Source: a virus (lineage: Duplodnaviria; Caudoviricetes). Taken from it: 64,000 nt of DNA. Each line of letters starts with the position of its first letter. The stretch's first letter is position 1. The DNA lies in the IMG/VR virus record IMGVR_UViG_3300028888_000049, one strand, 5' to 3'. Shown here one piece after another: positions 1 through 9,097 of this stretch. Both the position numbers and the translations under genes were made by a program. The notes beneath the pieces were generated by a model. That model worked only from the letters and a program-made list of their open reading frames with translations. It ran no database searches and was not told the DNA's origin.

Positions 1-978
1 AACTTATTTAAACAAATTATGAGTATAGGATCAGAAAACGATCTTGGTCTAGAACTTAATAAACTTACAGCTGATGAATTCTTATCTCTTGTTGGTAATA
101 CATATGATACTTCTAATATGATAAAAACAGGAATAGCTTCTTGGGATGCAGGTTTAGGTGGAGGTTTTGTGAAAGACAACATACACTTGATTTGCGCAGC
201 TCCTGGAGGTGGAAAATCGCGTATGATGGCTTACTTAACACGAGTTGCATTAGAAAATATGAAAAAAGTTATATTTATTACACTCGAGTTAACTGAAACA
301 GAAACTATGGCAAATATTCAAAGTGCTATTACTGGTATGACTATGTATGATATGTTAAAACCTGAAAATAGAGCTGAATTTGAAGAAAAGACTGCAATGT
401 TTCAGAATACATTTGCTTCAGACTGTTTTGTTAAATTTTATAAACCATCGACTGTAACTGCTGATACTATTCAAAATTACATCTATAAAGTCATACAATT
501 TAAGAAAGAAAAAGAAGGTGTAGATTGGAAACCTGATGTTATTTTCTTAGACTATCTTGATAAATTACTACCAACACAGAAAGTTAAAGGTAATATTTAC
601 GAAGATATCGGTGGTGTAGCTGATGACTGTAAAAACCTCGCTATCACTTTTAGTTGCCCTGTTATTTCAGGATCACAATTAGGTAGAATCTCTTGGAATC
701 TTAATGGAGATGAGGTCATAAGTATGGCAAATATAAGTGAAAGTGCTAGAAAGGCTCACTTAGCTCATTCAATAACAACAATCAACGTTAATCCTGGCGA
801 AAAAGAACTTGGTAAAGCACGCTTATTCATGGCTAAATCTCGTAATGGACAACCTGGAAAGACTATTTTCATAGAACAGAATCTTGGCAAATGTTTAATG
901 TATGAAGTCGATCCTTGGGATCCGAAGACATTACAAGGTACTACTATTTATACCATTAAAGGAGCAAATCAGCAATAA
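1..978 (+). CDS. dnaB: Replicative DnaB/T4 gp41-like helicase (5'-truncated by window edge)
   Basis: Walker A AAPGGGKS, FITLE motif, Walker B DVIFLDYLD, SQLGR and KSRNG motifs; frame open from base 1. Confidence 0.88.
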   Translation, partial: NLFKQIMSIGSENDLGLELNKLTADEFLSLVGNTYDTSNMIKTGIASWDAGLGGGFVKDNIHLICAAPGGGKSRMMAYLTRVALENMKKVIFITLELTETETMANIQSAITGMTMYDMLKPENRAEFEEKTAMFQNTFASDCFVKFYKPSTVTADTIQNYIYKVIQFKKEKEGVDWKPDVIFLDYLDKLLPTQKVKGNIYEDIGGVADDCKNLAITFSCPVISGSQLGRISWNLNGDEVISMANISESARKAHLAHSITTINVNPGEKELGKARLFMAKSRNGQPGKTIFIEQNLGKCLMYEVDPWDPKTLQGTTIYTIKGANQQ

Positions 979-980
979 AA

Positions 981-1838
981 ATGGTTAAGTATAAGCTAAA
1001 AGAATTTACTTGTAGAATATGTGGAAAGAAATTTAAAGCGCGTTTTTCACATAATATGACTTGTTCCATTAAATGTAAAAGTAGAGCACGTAAATTAGAT
1101 TCTTATCCACCTACTGGAATTAGAAAGTGTGATTATTGTGGAAAAGAGTATTACTATATTCATGGAATGCCTAACTGGAATAAAAATGGAGCCTATAATA
1201 AAAGAGGATCTTTTGAATCTAGTAAATATTGTTGTTATGAATGTGGTAAAGCCGTTTCTAGAAATAAAAGTAAACAATCTAAATATGATAAGTATGGAGA
1301 TCCAAATTATAATAATCTAGAAAAATACAAAGAAACATGTCAAATCAAGTATAATACAGATAATACATTAAAAGTACCTGAAATAAAGGCTAGAAGAAAT
1401 GCTACTAATTTAAAAAATTTAGGAGTTGAATATCCATTACAAAATGAAGAAATATATAAGAAAACTTTAAAAAATAATAAAACGCATATTACAGAGACTA
1501 AAATATTTAATCTTATAAAAGAAATATATCCAGATGTAATAAGAGAATATAAATCTGATAAATATCCATGGTTCTGTGATTTTTATATTCCGTCTTTAGA
1601 TCTTTATATTGAATTTCAGGGACATTGGTCTCATGGTTTAAAACCTTATAATCCAAATGATCCAAATGACAAATTACAATTAGAGAAGTGGATTGAGTGT
1701 GAATATAAAAAATCTATAAAAATATGGACAGTTATTGATCCACTCAAGCGCGAAACAGCTAAAAAGAATAATATAACACTATTAGAATTTTTCACGATGC
1801 GTGAATTTAATGAATGGTATGCTAAACAAAAACCATAG
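981..1838 (+). CDS. Putative homing endonuclease: N-terminal CxxC zinc fingers, KYG-type repeats, C-terminal PD-(D/E)xK/Vsr-like nuclease
   Basis: CRIC...CSIKC, CDYC...CCYEC; DFYIPSLDLYIEFQGHWSH; free-standing next to helicase. Confidence 0.72.
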   Translation: MVKYKLKEFTCRICGKKFKARFSHNMTCSIKCKSRARKLDSYPPTGIRKCDYCGKEYYYIHGMPNWNKNGAYNKRGSFESSKYCCYECGKAVSRNKSKQSKYDKYGDPNYNNLEKYKETCQIKYNTDNTLKVPEIKARRNATNLKNLGVEYPLQNEEIYKKTLKNNKTHITETKIFNLIKEIYPDVIREYKSDKYPWFCDFYIPSLDLYIEFQGHWSHGLKPYNPNDPNDKLQLEKWIECEYKKSIKIWTVIDPLKRETAKKNNITLLEFFTMREFNEWYAKQKP

Positions 1839-1855
1839 ATTTTTATAAAGATAAA

Positions 1856-1883
1856 GGGTAGGTCTATTGTTGGATCTACCCTA
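1856..1883 (+). terminator. Intrinsic terminator-like hairpin
   Basis: agggtaggtc-N8-gatctaccct downstream of endonuclease stop. Confidence 0.6.
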
Positions 1884-2066
1884 TTATTATAGTTCTTAAG
1901 AAGTCGTTCTCTGGGTACTATATCTTCACCAATAATTTTACTGAGACATCGTTCGCAATAGGTGACTATAATGTGTTTTTACCTTTATTTATAGAACTAC
2001 TGTAAAAATTGCTTTACATTAATTATTTTGAAAGTTATATTATATATTATTTGAAAAGGATTATAT

Positions 2067-2438
2067 ATGATAGATAAAGTTAAATTACAACAGCTGTTAA
2101 TTGAAGGTAAAACGCTTGATGCATTAAGATTATATGCAGGTGGTGATCATATTAAAAGCAATATGATATTTAAAACACTATATAAAATTGTAAATTTATT
2201 AAATACGCATCTTGGCGAGTTTTTGTATGTGTATCACATTAGTGATAAAGAACTAAGAAAGTTTATAAATGAAAATAAACACTATTTTAGAAATGATAAT
2301 CAACAGATTATTATAGCAGAAAATACAATCTGTATTCCTAGAAATTCAGAATTTTATTTCTTGTTAAAAGCTTATAATTTCGATATAGCAACTGTTGTAC
2401 ATGCCTATAAAGATAAACAAAATGAGTTTGAAGAATAA
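2067..2438 (+). CDS. Hypothetical protein (weak KIYG-like helices)
   Basis: AAAGGA RBS, TTTACA promoter at 2013; DALRLYAG and FYFLLKAYN. Confidence 0.6.
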   Translation: MIDKVKLQQLLIEGKTLDALRLYAGGDHIKSNMIFKTLYKIVNLLNTHLGEFLYVYHISDKELRKFINENKHYFRNDNQQIIIAENTICIPRNSEFYFLLKAYNFDIATVVHAYKDKQNEFEE

Positions 2439-2868
2439 TTTAAAAATTTTAAGAGTTAAAGCAATGATGCCAATAACTATAATGTATACAAATGATAATA
2501 CCTATATTCAAGACTGTATAAAAGAACATAAAGCCATAATCTATTATATTATAGATCATTATAGTAAAGATACTTTTATGTCTTATGATGATTTATTTTA
2601 TATTATTGTTAATTTTAAAAATTATGTAGCTAAAAATAGAGGATATGATAGTTTTTATTTAAATTTTTTATGTTTAGATGAAGATATTATTGATAAGAAA
2701 GATGTTTATTTCGAAGAATATCAAGAGTATTTATCTCCTGCTACTATTGGAGCATTAGCTTTATGTATTGAAAGATATAAGTTTTATAAAAAATGCACAC
2801 TTCCTCTTTATTTTTTAATAAAATTGTTTTACAAATGTAAAAAAGCTATTTATAAAGGTAATAAATAA
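2395..2868 (+). CDS. Hypothetical protein
   Basis: 157 aa ORF overlapping neighbours; start probably 2422. Confidence 0.55.
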   Translation: MYMPIKINKMSLKNNLKILRVKAMMPITIMYTNDNTYIQDCIKEHKAIIYYIIDHYSKDTFMSYDDLFYIIVNFKNYVAKNRGYDSFYLNFLCLDEDIIDKKDVYFEEYQEYLSPATIGALALCIERYKFYKKCTLPLYFLIKLFYKCKKAIYKGNK

Positions 2869-2948
2869 TGCATTGGATAATTGAACTTGTAATGGATATT
2901 ATTGCTGATATTATAGCCAATTTATTCACTCAAAGGAAAAAGAAATGA
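2868..2948 (+). CDS. 26-aa amphipathic peptide MHWIIELVMDIIADIIANLFTQRKKK
   Basis: Below ORF-track cutoff; TAATG overlap upstream, ATGA overlap downstream, AAAGGT RBS. Confidence 0.6.
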   Translation: MHWIIELVMDIIADIIANLFTQRKKK

Positions 2949-3271
2949 TATGGTTTACTAATTGGAAGAAAAAGTATCAAGATTTAGTAGATAGACAGAT
3001 TGCTACTTTAGATTTAATTGAAGATTATCTATATGAAGCCAAATTACAACCATGCGAAATTAAGAAACTTTGTAAAATATATCTTACGTTAAGTATAGAA
3101 GACGCAAAGCTTATGATACAATTACATAAAGATTCGTTGAATAAAAATTTAAATTCTGATACACCAAATTATATTAAAAGATATAGAGGTACACAACTCT
3201 GTAAAAAAAGAAATGTATATGTACCAATTCTTGAAAAAGAACTTAAGAAATTAGAAAAAGGAAAAAAGTAA
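2945..3271 (+). CDS. Hypothetical protein
   Basis: AAAGGA RBS, abuts guaC. Confidence 0.6.
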   Translation: MIWFTNWKKKYQDLVDRQIATLDLIEDYLYEAKLQPCEIKKLCKIYLTLSIEDAKLMIQLHKDSLNKNLNSDTPNYIKRYRGTQLCKKRNVYVPILEKELKKLEKGKK

Positions 3272-4411
3272 ATGCATATTATAAATGATATTCAATTAGA
3301 TTATTGTGATGTATTAATTGCAGCTCAAACTACAACAGTTAATCATAGAGGAGATGTCAATATCAAAAGACATTTTAAAAATTTATTAGATTTCGATTGT
3401 TGTCCAATTATGAATGCTAATATGACTCAAACAGGTACATTTGAAGTTGCTGAAAAATTAATTGAAAATGGTATGATTGGTTGTATTCATAAATTTTATA
3501 CAGGTGAACAAATTAAAAAATTTTTAGATTCTGGTAAAGTTGGATCACTTGGTACAAACCGATTTTTTATTACTATTGGTTTACGTAATCAAGATGAAGA
3601 ATTGATGAAGTTAAAGTATTCAGGTTTAGATAAATATTTTTGGTCCATTATGATCGATGTACCGAATGCTTATATTCCTGCAGTTGAAGATTTAGTTAAA
3701 CGTGTACGTAATGAATTTCCTGATAAAATTATTGCTGTTGGTAATGTTTGTACTGGAGATAGAACACAAGAATTAATCAAAGCTGGTGCGACATTTATAA
3801 AGCTAAATGTGGGTCCATCAAAAGTTTGTCGCACAAGATTTGAAACTGGATGTGGTCGTCCTGCTCTTTCTACTGTTATTGAGTGTGCAAATGCAGCTCA
3901 TCAAGTTGGTGGATTAGTTATTGCTGATGGTGGATTTAATGAAGTTGGTGATTTCGCTAAAGCATTTGTAGCGGGAGCTGATGTTTGTATGTCTGGATGT
4001 TTCTTTGCTGGATGTGATGAAGCAGCAGGTAATATAATTAAAAAAGTTTATAAAACAAATGAAGTAGAAGTTATTACATGTAATAAAAATAATGAAAATG
4101 TTAATCCTTTAGATTACGATTATGATGTTTGTGATATAGTCGAAACAGCCCCAGTATATGAAATCAAGAAATTTAAAGAGTATTATGGCATGAGTTCTTT
4201 CAGAGCACAACAAGAGAATTATGGTCAAGTAACAAAAACTGGTACTTCAGAAGGTGTTGAAAGTAAATTAATTCCGTATACAGGACCTGTTATTGATACT
4301 ATAAATAAGATTAAAGGCGGATTAAGAAGTACTGGTAGTTATATTGGTGCTAAAAATATTAAACATTTTAGTCGTCAAGGTATATTTTATAGAACAAATA
4401 GGGTACAATAG
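3272..4411 (+). CDS. guaC: GMP reductase (IMPDH/GMPR family)
   Basis: N-term MHIINDIQLDYCDVLI, PIMNANM, catalytic loop GPSKVCRTR, IADGG, YYGMSS, SEG, GGLRSTGSYIGA. Confidence 0.9.
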   Translation: MHIINDIQLDYCDVLIAAQTTTVNHRGDVNIKRHFKNLLDFDCCPIMNANMTQTGTFEVAEKLIENGMIGCIHKFYTGEQIKKFLDSGKVGSLGTNRFFITIGLRNQDEELMKLKYSGLDKYFWSIMIDVPNAYIPAVEDLVKRVRNEFPDKIIAVGNVCTGDRTQELIKAGATFIKLNVGPSKVCRTRFETGCGRPALSTVIECANAAHQVGGLVIADGGFNEVGDFAKAFVAGADVCMSGCFFAGCDEAAGNIIKKVYKTNEVEVITCNKNNENVNPLDYDYDVCDIVETAPVYEIKKFKEYYGMSSFRAQQENYGQVTKTGTSEGVESKLIPYTGPVIDTINKIKGGLRSTGSYIGAKNIKHFSRQGIFYRTNRVQ

Positions 4412-4421
4412 TGAGGTCAGT

Positions 4422-4565
4422 ATGTCTATAGAAAAATTAGAAATGATTTTAAGAACTATTTTTATGTGTGTTTGTATTATGTCTTTTGCATATTGTCAAG
4501 CAAAAGTTGAAAGTACAAAAAATAAAACTGTTATTGTAGAAGATTGTAAAAATATTGAAAGGTAA
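4422..4565 (+). CDS. Small membrane/secreted protein
   Basis: GAGGT RBS; hydrophobic stretch TIFMCVCIMSFAYC. Confidence 0.45.
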   Translation: MSIEKLEMILRTIFMCVCIMSFAYCQAKVESTKNKTVIVEDCKNIER

Positions 4566-4569
4566 AATA

Positions 4570-4941
4570 ATGAATAAACAAGAACAAAATAGAACGATTC
4601 ATAGAGTTATTAGTGTATTTGGTGCTAAAAATCAAAAAATGCAAGCTATTGAAGAACTCATTGAGCTTCAAAAAGAAGTTTTTGAAAATGTACATCGTGA
4701 AACTAATAACAGACAGAATATTCTTGAAGAAGTAACTGATGTTGAAATTATGTTAGCACAGTTAAAAGAAATTTATGGTTTTGACGAGAAACAACTTGAA
4801 GATATGAAAGATTATAAATTATCTAGATTAAATCGTACTATTGATAAGTATTTAAGATCTCAACAAGAAGATCAAAATGTAGAATCTGATAATAATGAGA
4901 TTCATATCTTACGTAAAATTTCTAATGAAGGAAAAGAATAA
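4570..4941 (+). CDS. MazG-like nucleotide pyrophosphohydrolase
   Basis: QAIEELIEL...ILEEVTDVEIMLAQL acidic helical motifs. Confidence 0.7.
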   Translation: MNKQEQNRTIHRVISVFGAKNQKMQAIEELIELQKEVFENVHRETNNRQNILEEVTDVEIMLAQLKEIYGFDEKQLEDMKDYKLSRLNRTIDKYLRSQQEDQNVESDNNEIHILRKISNEGKE

Positions 4942-4944
4942 AAA

Positions 4945-5187
4945 ATGATAGAAGAACGGTGTGTGTTTTTAGAAAATGGATTTGTAGGTGATAATGAATG
5001 GATTTCTGTAGATAATAAAGAAAATCCTAAAATTACTGCTGTCAATTGGCTAAGAACACACCCAGAATTCTATTCACCAATTCGATTAGATGAATCTAGA
5101 ATTTTAGCTGTTGTAGTACGTACACCAAATGACAAAGAATATTTATATCAAATAGAAGTTACTGCTCAATTTAAAATTGTTGGTTAA
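4945..5187 (+). CDS. Hypothetical protein
   Basis: 80 aa, in operon. Confidence 0.55.
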   Translation: MIEERCVFLENGFVGDNEWISVDNKENPKITAVNWLRTHPEFYSPIRLDESRILAVVVRTPNDKEYLYQIEVTAQFKIVG

Positions 5188-5231
5188 ACAAGTTCTAATA
5201 GTTAAGTTAATACTACTATTAGGCAGAATTT

Positions 5232-5717
5232 ATGAGACTCTATACAGATGCTAGTACTAGAGGTAAAATTTCTGGAATAGCATATGTCGCAACGACAAGT
5301 AAAAATGTAGAACTTTATAAAGCTGGTGTTACGATAGATCAACCGGATAATAATACTGCTGAGCTTTTAGCTATTCTCTATGCTATAGATGATACACAAC
5401 CATTACTTCAAGAAAATGAACATACAACTATTTTAACTGATTCTACATATGCAATAAATGCAATTAGAACAGGTAAATGTAGAGAAAATGAAAAGCCTCT
5501 TGTTCATAAAATTCAAGATATGATGACTTATGGTAAGTATGCATTGTGGCATGTTAAAGGACATTGTCAAGACGGCACTGTCCTTTCTTATTTTAATAAA
5601 AGAGCTGATAAAATGTCTAAAGTAGTTAGAAGATTAGAAGAAAAGAGATTAGAAACAGAAAAGAAAAAGAAAAAATTCTTATCTGTATTAAAGAATCAAA
5701 CACAATTGGACCGTTAA
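5232..5717 (+). CDS. rnhA: Ribonuclease HI
   Basis: LYTDAS, NNTAELLAI, ILTDSTY, WHVKGH, NKRADKMS catalytic motifs. Confidence 0.9.
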   Translation: MRLYTDASTRGKISGIAYVATTSKNVELYKAGVTIDQPDNNTAELLAILYAIDDTQPLLQENEHTTILTDSTYAINAIRTGKCRENEKPLVHKIQDMMTYGKYALWHVKGHCQDGTVLSYFNKRADKMSKVVRRLEEKRLETEKKKKKFLSVLKNQTQLDR

Positions 5718-5801
5718 TTTTTAGCTTTACATCTGAAATAATGATGTTATAATGAATAAGTTCTAAATAAGATAATGTTTCTCTATAGGGGATTGTGATC
5801 A

Positions 5802-6104
5802 ATGATAGATAAAAATATATTAACTAAAGAGATAATTCAAATAGTAGCTGAAATTGCTGGAATGAATAAGAATAATATAACTCTTGATAGCAATTTAAAA
5901 AATGATTTAGGACTTGATAGTCTTGATACGATAGATTTGATTATGGATTTAGAAAATAAATATAATATATCTATATATGATGATAATGCTATAGATCAAA
6001 CATTTACTGTAAAGGATGTTATTGATTTAATTATAATGGAATATGAGGAAACTGAAAATGTCGAAAAGAAAAGAAACAATAAAAATAAAAAGTCAAAAAC
6101 CTAG
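5802..6104 (+). CDS. acpP: Acyl carrier protein with basic C-terminal tail
   Basis: DLGLDSLDTIDLIMDLENKYNISI phosphopantetheine motif; TVKDVID. Confidence 0.88.
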   Translation: MIDKNILTKEIIQIVAEIAGMNKNNITLDSNLKNDLGLDSLDTIDLIMDLENKYNISIYDDNAIDQTFTVKDVIDLIIMEYEETENVEKKRNNKNKKSKT

Positions 6105-6243
6105 AAATTTTGAATTAATAGAATTACAAATTAAAGGTTTAATGAGAACAAGAGTTATTAGAAATAAAAAGAAAGATGTTAAAAAATTTAATTGGAAAAA
6201 AGATTGTGCGGATTATTTAAATTTTATACTTTATAGAGCTTAA
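6058..6243 (+). CDS. ArfA-like alternative ribosome rescue factor (putative)
   Basis: 61 aa, basic; KPRN...GLMRTRVIRNKKK...WKK resembles ArfA LFRQRVEKNKKG; hydrophobic tail; stop inside long hairpin. Confidence 0.55.
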   Translation: MSKRKETIKIKSQKPRNFELIELQIKGLMRTRVIRNKKKDVKKFNWKKDCADYLNFILYRA

Positions 6244-6259
6244 ACAATCCGCATTTTTT
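6207..6259 (+). terminator. 22-bp hairpin spanning the ArfA-like stop codon, followed by T-run
   Basis: tgcggattatttaaattttata / tatagagcttaaacaatccgca (2 mismatches, 2 G-T). Confidence 0.7.
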
Positions 6260-6306
6260 GTTCTAATATTAGTGTGTATTTTAATTATTATAAGGGACTT
6301 AATAAA

Positions 6307-6675
6307 ATGAATTACAGACATTTCACAGGTTTTAATGAAAATTCTAAATTTGAAAAACTATCAGGTGATATTCAAAGAGCTATAGAAACACAGACTAATA
6401 TAGACTTAGAAGCTAGAAAAATATCTCAGTATTTTAGAAAAACTTTTTCAGATGAAGATGTACAAGTAACATTTTTTAATAAAACTTGTGAAGAATATGC
6501 TAATAAAGATGAAAACGAATTAAAGAAATTAGTTATAAAAGAATCTAAAGCTTTGTATTTTCATCAATTAACAAAAGATAGATTTGAATATTATGACAAT
6601 TTAGCAAAATTAGAAGCTAAAAAATTAGATAATATGATTAAATATAGAGTAAACGATCATTTTAAGGAATATTAA
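6307..6675 (+). CDS. Hypothetical protein
   Basis: AAGGGA RBS; TGTTCT motif upstream. Confidence 0.55.
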   Translation: MNYRHFTGFNENSKFEKLSGDIQRAIETQTNIDLEARKISQYFRKTFSDEDVQVTFFNKTCEEYANKDENELKKLVIKESKALYFHQLTKDRFEYYDNLAKLEAKKLDNMIKYRVNDHFKEY

Positions 6676-6729
6676 TTGTGATTGACTTAACGAAATTACA
6701 AGAACTGTCAAAAAGAAGGAAATTAGCAG

Positions 6730-7335
6730 ATGAGAAAAATCTCAAATAAAGAATGTGAATCGTTGTTAAATACTTTATTATATCAATCACAAACTAATAA
6801 TTTAGCAGCATTTACAGATAAAATAGGAAAATATTCATTTTATAATACAATAACTAATGAACATATTTTCTATAAAACTTATGAGGAAGCTTTAAATAAA
6901 ATAATAAAACTAAAATGTTTTAAAGAATTACTGCAGAAAGACTTTTTATTACAATTAATAATATTATCTAAAAAATTAAAAATAGATCTTTTTTCAAGAT
7001 ATTTTTATTATGATGATTTATCAAAAGAATTAACAAATTTGCCAGTACAAATTTGGATTTGTAATCTTGGTAAAAAATATTTGCCTAGAATTTTTATTCA
7101 AAACAATTCGAATACATTGGAATATTTAAATAATATATTAGAAGTAAGTCTTTATCCAAAAATAGAAATAAATGATCGCTTTAATTTTGGAAATAAATTA
7201 GCAAAAGATACAGAAGCTACGCTCTTAAATTGGATTAATAATCATAAAAAGGATCTAATAAATGCAACAAAATCTGAAAAAGATTATGTACTATTCGTTA
7301 GATCATTAGAAAAGGAGAAAAATAATGGTAAATAA
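6730..7335 (+). CDS. Hypothetical protein (TxLPVxIWI...PRI motif seen in phage proteins)
   Basis: 201 aa; AAGGA RBS. Confidence 0.55.
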   Translation: MRKISNKECESLLNTLLYQSQTNNLAAFTDKIGKYSFYNTITNEHIFYKTYEEALNKIIKLKCFKELLQKDFLLQLIILSKKLKIDLFSRYFYYDDLSKELTNLPVQIWICNLGKKYLPRIFIQNNSNTLEYLNNILEVSLYPKIEINDRFNFGNKLAKDTEATLLNWINNHKKDLINATKSEKDYVLFVRSLEKEKNNGK

Positions 7336-7891
7336 GAAAGAGTTAGAAGCTCAAACTCTTGAAGAACAAACTATTAAATCTTTAAAGAAAATTGCATATA
7401 GATTTGCATGGAATTTTGATAGGTCTTTTGCAAAGTTATTATTACCTGTCTTAAAAGCATATGTTTATGATGCTTCTAAATCTATTGACTTATCTCATTT
7501 AACAATGCCTTCTTTTATTAAAAAAAGATATTATGATGCTTCATTATCTTCTAAACTTGATAAAAAGATTCATGATCATTATCTTAAAAAATCTCTACAT
7601 TATTTAAATAGTTGTATTGATGTATTGCAAGATATATTAGATGAAGATACAGAAACTTGGAAAGAAAAATGGAAATATAAGGAATACTTTCCTATAGAAT
7701 ATGAAAAAATTCCAGTAAAAGTAAACAATAAAACTGTGTTTAATATTAAAATTAAACCAGAATTTGAAAAGAATAGAAAAAAGAATACAAAAATTTTAAG
7801 TTATAATAATTTTCGCTTTACAAAATGTTTAAGATGGCGTAATAAATATTTATATTGGTTAGTTAAAAATCTTAAGCATTTGTGGTGGTAA
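7325..7891 (+). CDS. Hypothetical protein
   Basis: AAGGAG RBS; 188 aa. Confidence 0.6.
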   Translation: MVNKKELEAQTLEEQTIKSLKKIAYRFAWNFDRSFAKLLLPVLKAYVYDASKSIDLSHLTMPSFIKKRYYDASLSSKLDKKIHDHYLKKSLHYLNSCIDVLQDILDEDTETWKEKWKYKEYFPIEYEKIPVKVNNKTVFNIKIKPEFEKNRKKNTKILSYNNFRFTKCLRWRNKYLYWLVKNLKHLWW

Positions 7892-7893
7892 AG

Positions 7894-8112
7894 ATGAGAT
7901 TATATTGTATTGGAATAATTATCGCTGTTGTTGTTACTTGTGTTGGAACAGGAATTTTAGGTTCTAAGATAAGTGATGTTATTCAAGAGAATCGAGTTAT
8001 AGATCAATTACATGCTCAAGGCTATAAGTTAGTAAGAGCAAATAAAGCAGATCTTCCTTCTCTTGGATATTCAAAATGTGTTGAAGTAAATTATACTTAT
8101 TATTGCAAATAG
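7894..8112 (+). CDS. Small membrane-anchored protein
   Basis: N-terminal TM helix LYCIGIIIAVVVTCVGTGILG. Confidence 0.55.
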   Translation: MRLYCIGIIIAVVVTCVGTGILGSKISDVIQENRVIDQLHAQGYKLVRANKADLPSLGYSKCVEVNYTYYCK

Positions 8113-8121
8113 GAGATTAGA

Positions 8122-8382
8122 ATGAAAAAATTATTTATTTTAGCTTGTTTTTTAATTACTGCATGTACTAGTGCTCCAGAAGTTAAACCAGTATATCAAG
8201 CACAAACAAGACCTGTATATAATACAAATTGTTGTACATCATCGCATACTGTTCGTAAGCCTGTGGAAATTATCTATGAAGATACTACTTATACTACAGT
8301 TTATGAACCAAAGACATATACCTCAACTAAAAGAGTTTCAATGCCTTATAACGATTGTACAATTAAATCTTTATGTCGTTAA
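8122..8382 (+). CDS. Lipoprotein
   Basis: MKK + hydrophobic core + lipobox LITAC; AGGAG RBS. Confidence 0.7.
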   Translation: MKKLFILACFLITACTSAPEVKPVYQAQTRPVYNTNCCTSSHTVRKPVEIIYEDTTYTTVYEPKTYTSTKRVSMPYNDCTIKSLCR

Positions 8383-8401
8383 GCTAAACGATGTAATAAA
8401 G

Positions 8402-8638
8402 TAAAGTATTTATTATGGCGGAAGTATAGACGCTAGATGGAGAGTAGAGAGAAGCTCGGGTGCCGGATTATTTGAGCTTCGAAGATGAACGATAAAACAG
8501 AGAATGCACGCGATGTGTGAACTCATCCATGGACTATTCAGCTAATAGTGTTTTGCATTCCAAAACAAAGACTACTCGTTCTATGGGGTGATTTTTAACC
8601 AATAATTTTAAATCTGGCCATAGATAATAAATACTTTA
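8402..8638 (+). ncRNA. Structured tRNA-like ncRNA candidate with expanded arms
   Basis: Perfect 14-bp terminal stem, D-arm-like TGGCGGAAGTATAGACGC, several nested hairpins, GC-richer than flanks, no ORF. Confidence 0.6.
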
Positions 8639-8674
8639 TATTTCAGTTCTAATAATGTTGAGAAGGGTGATACG

Positions 8675-9097
8675 TTGAAAAGAATTGATAAAGGCATGAA
8701 TGAAAAATACTACATCCATCTCGAACCACTTTCATCTGATAGTTATATGTATGGTGTATTATCAATAGTCGATAATACTCCTTTTGATTATAGTGTCAGT
8801 GAACTTGTTGGTAAACGAGAAGAAGTTTTAGATACAGTTGCTAAAAAGATAATAGCAACTAATAGTACATTATTAGATAGAAACATTTTTAATTTAAAAT
8901 TTTCAGAACTAACTGATACAAAATATATGATTCATCATATCCAAAAAGATGATTTCTATAAAGACTATAGAGTTAACATAACTCCAGCTGTATTTTTATC
9001 CGATATGAATAAAGTAAGTGCAATAAAAGTAATGGTTCAGAAAAATATCCTGAACCGAAGACTTTTTGAAAATTGGAAAAATAATCAGAAAGATTAA
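8675..9097 (+). CDS. Hypothetical protein
   Basis: AAGGG RBS, AGTTCT motif upstream. Confidence 0.55.
   Translation: MKRIDKGMNEKYYIHLEPLSSDSYMYGVLSIVDNTPFDYSVSELVGKREEVLDTVAKKIIATNSTLLDRNIFNLKFSELTDTKYMIHHIQKDDFYKDYRVNITPAVFLSDMNKVSAIKVMVQKNILNRRLFENWKNNQKD

Noticed and set aside
8402-8638. Canonical tRNA, tmRNA or group I intron-containing tRNA
   Set aside because: No 7-nt anticodon loop, TTC T-loop, CCA, tag ORF or recognisable intron core
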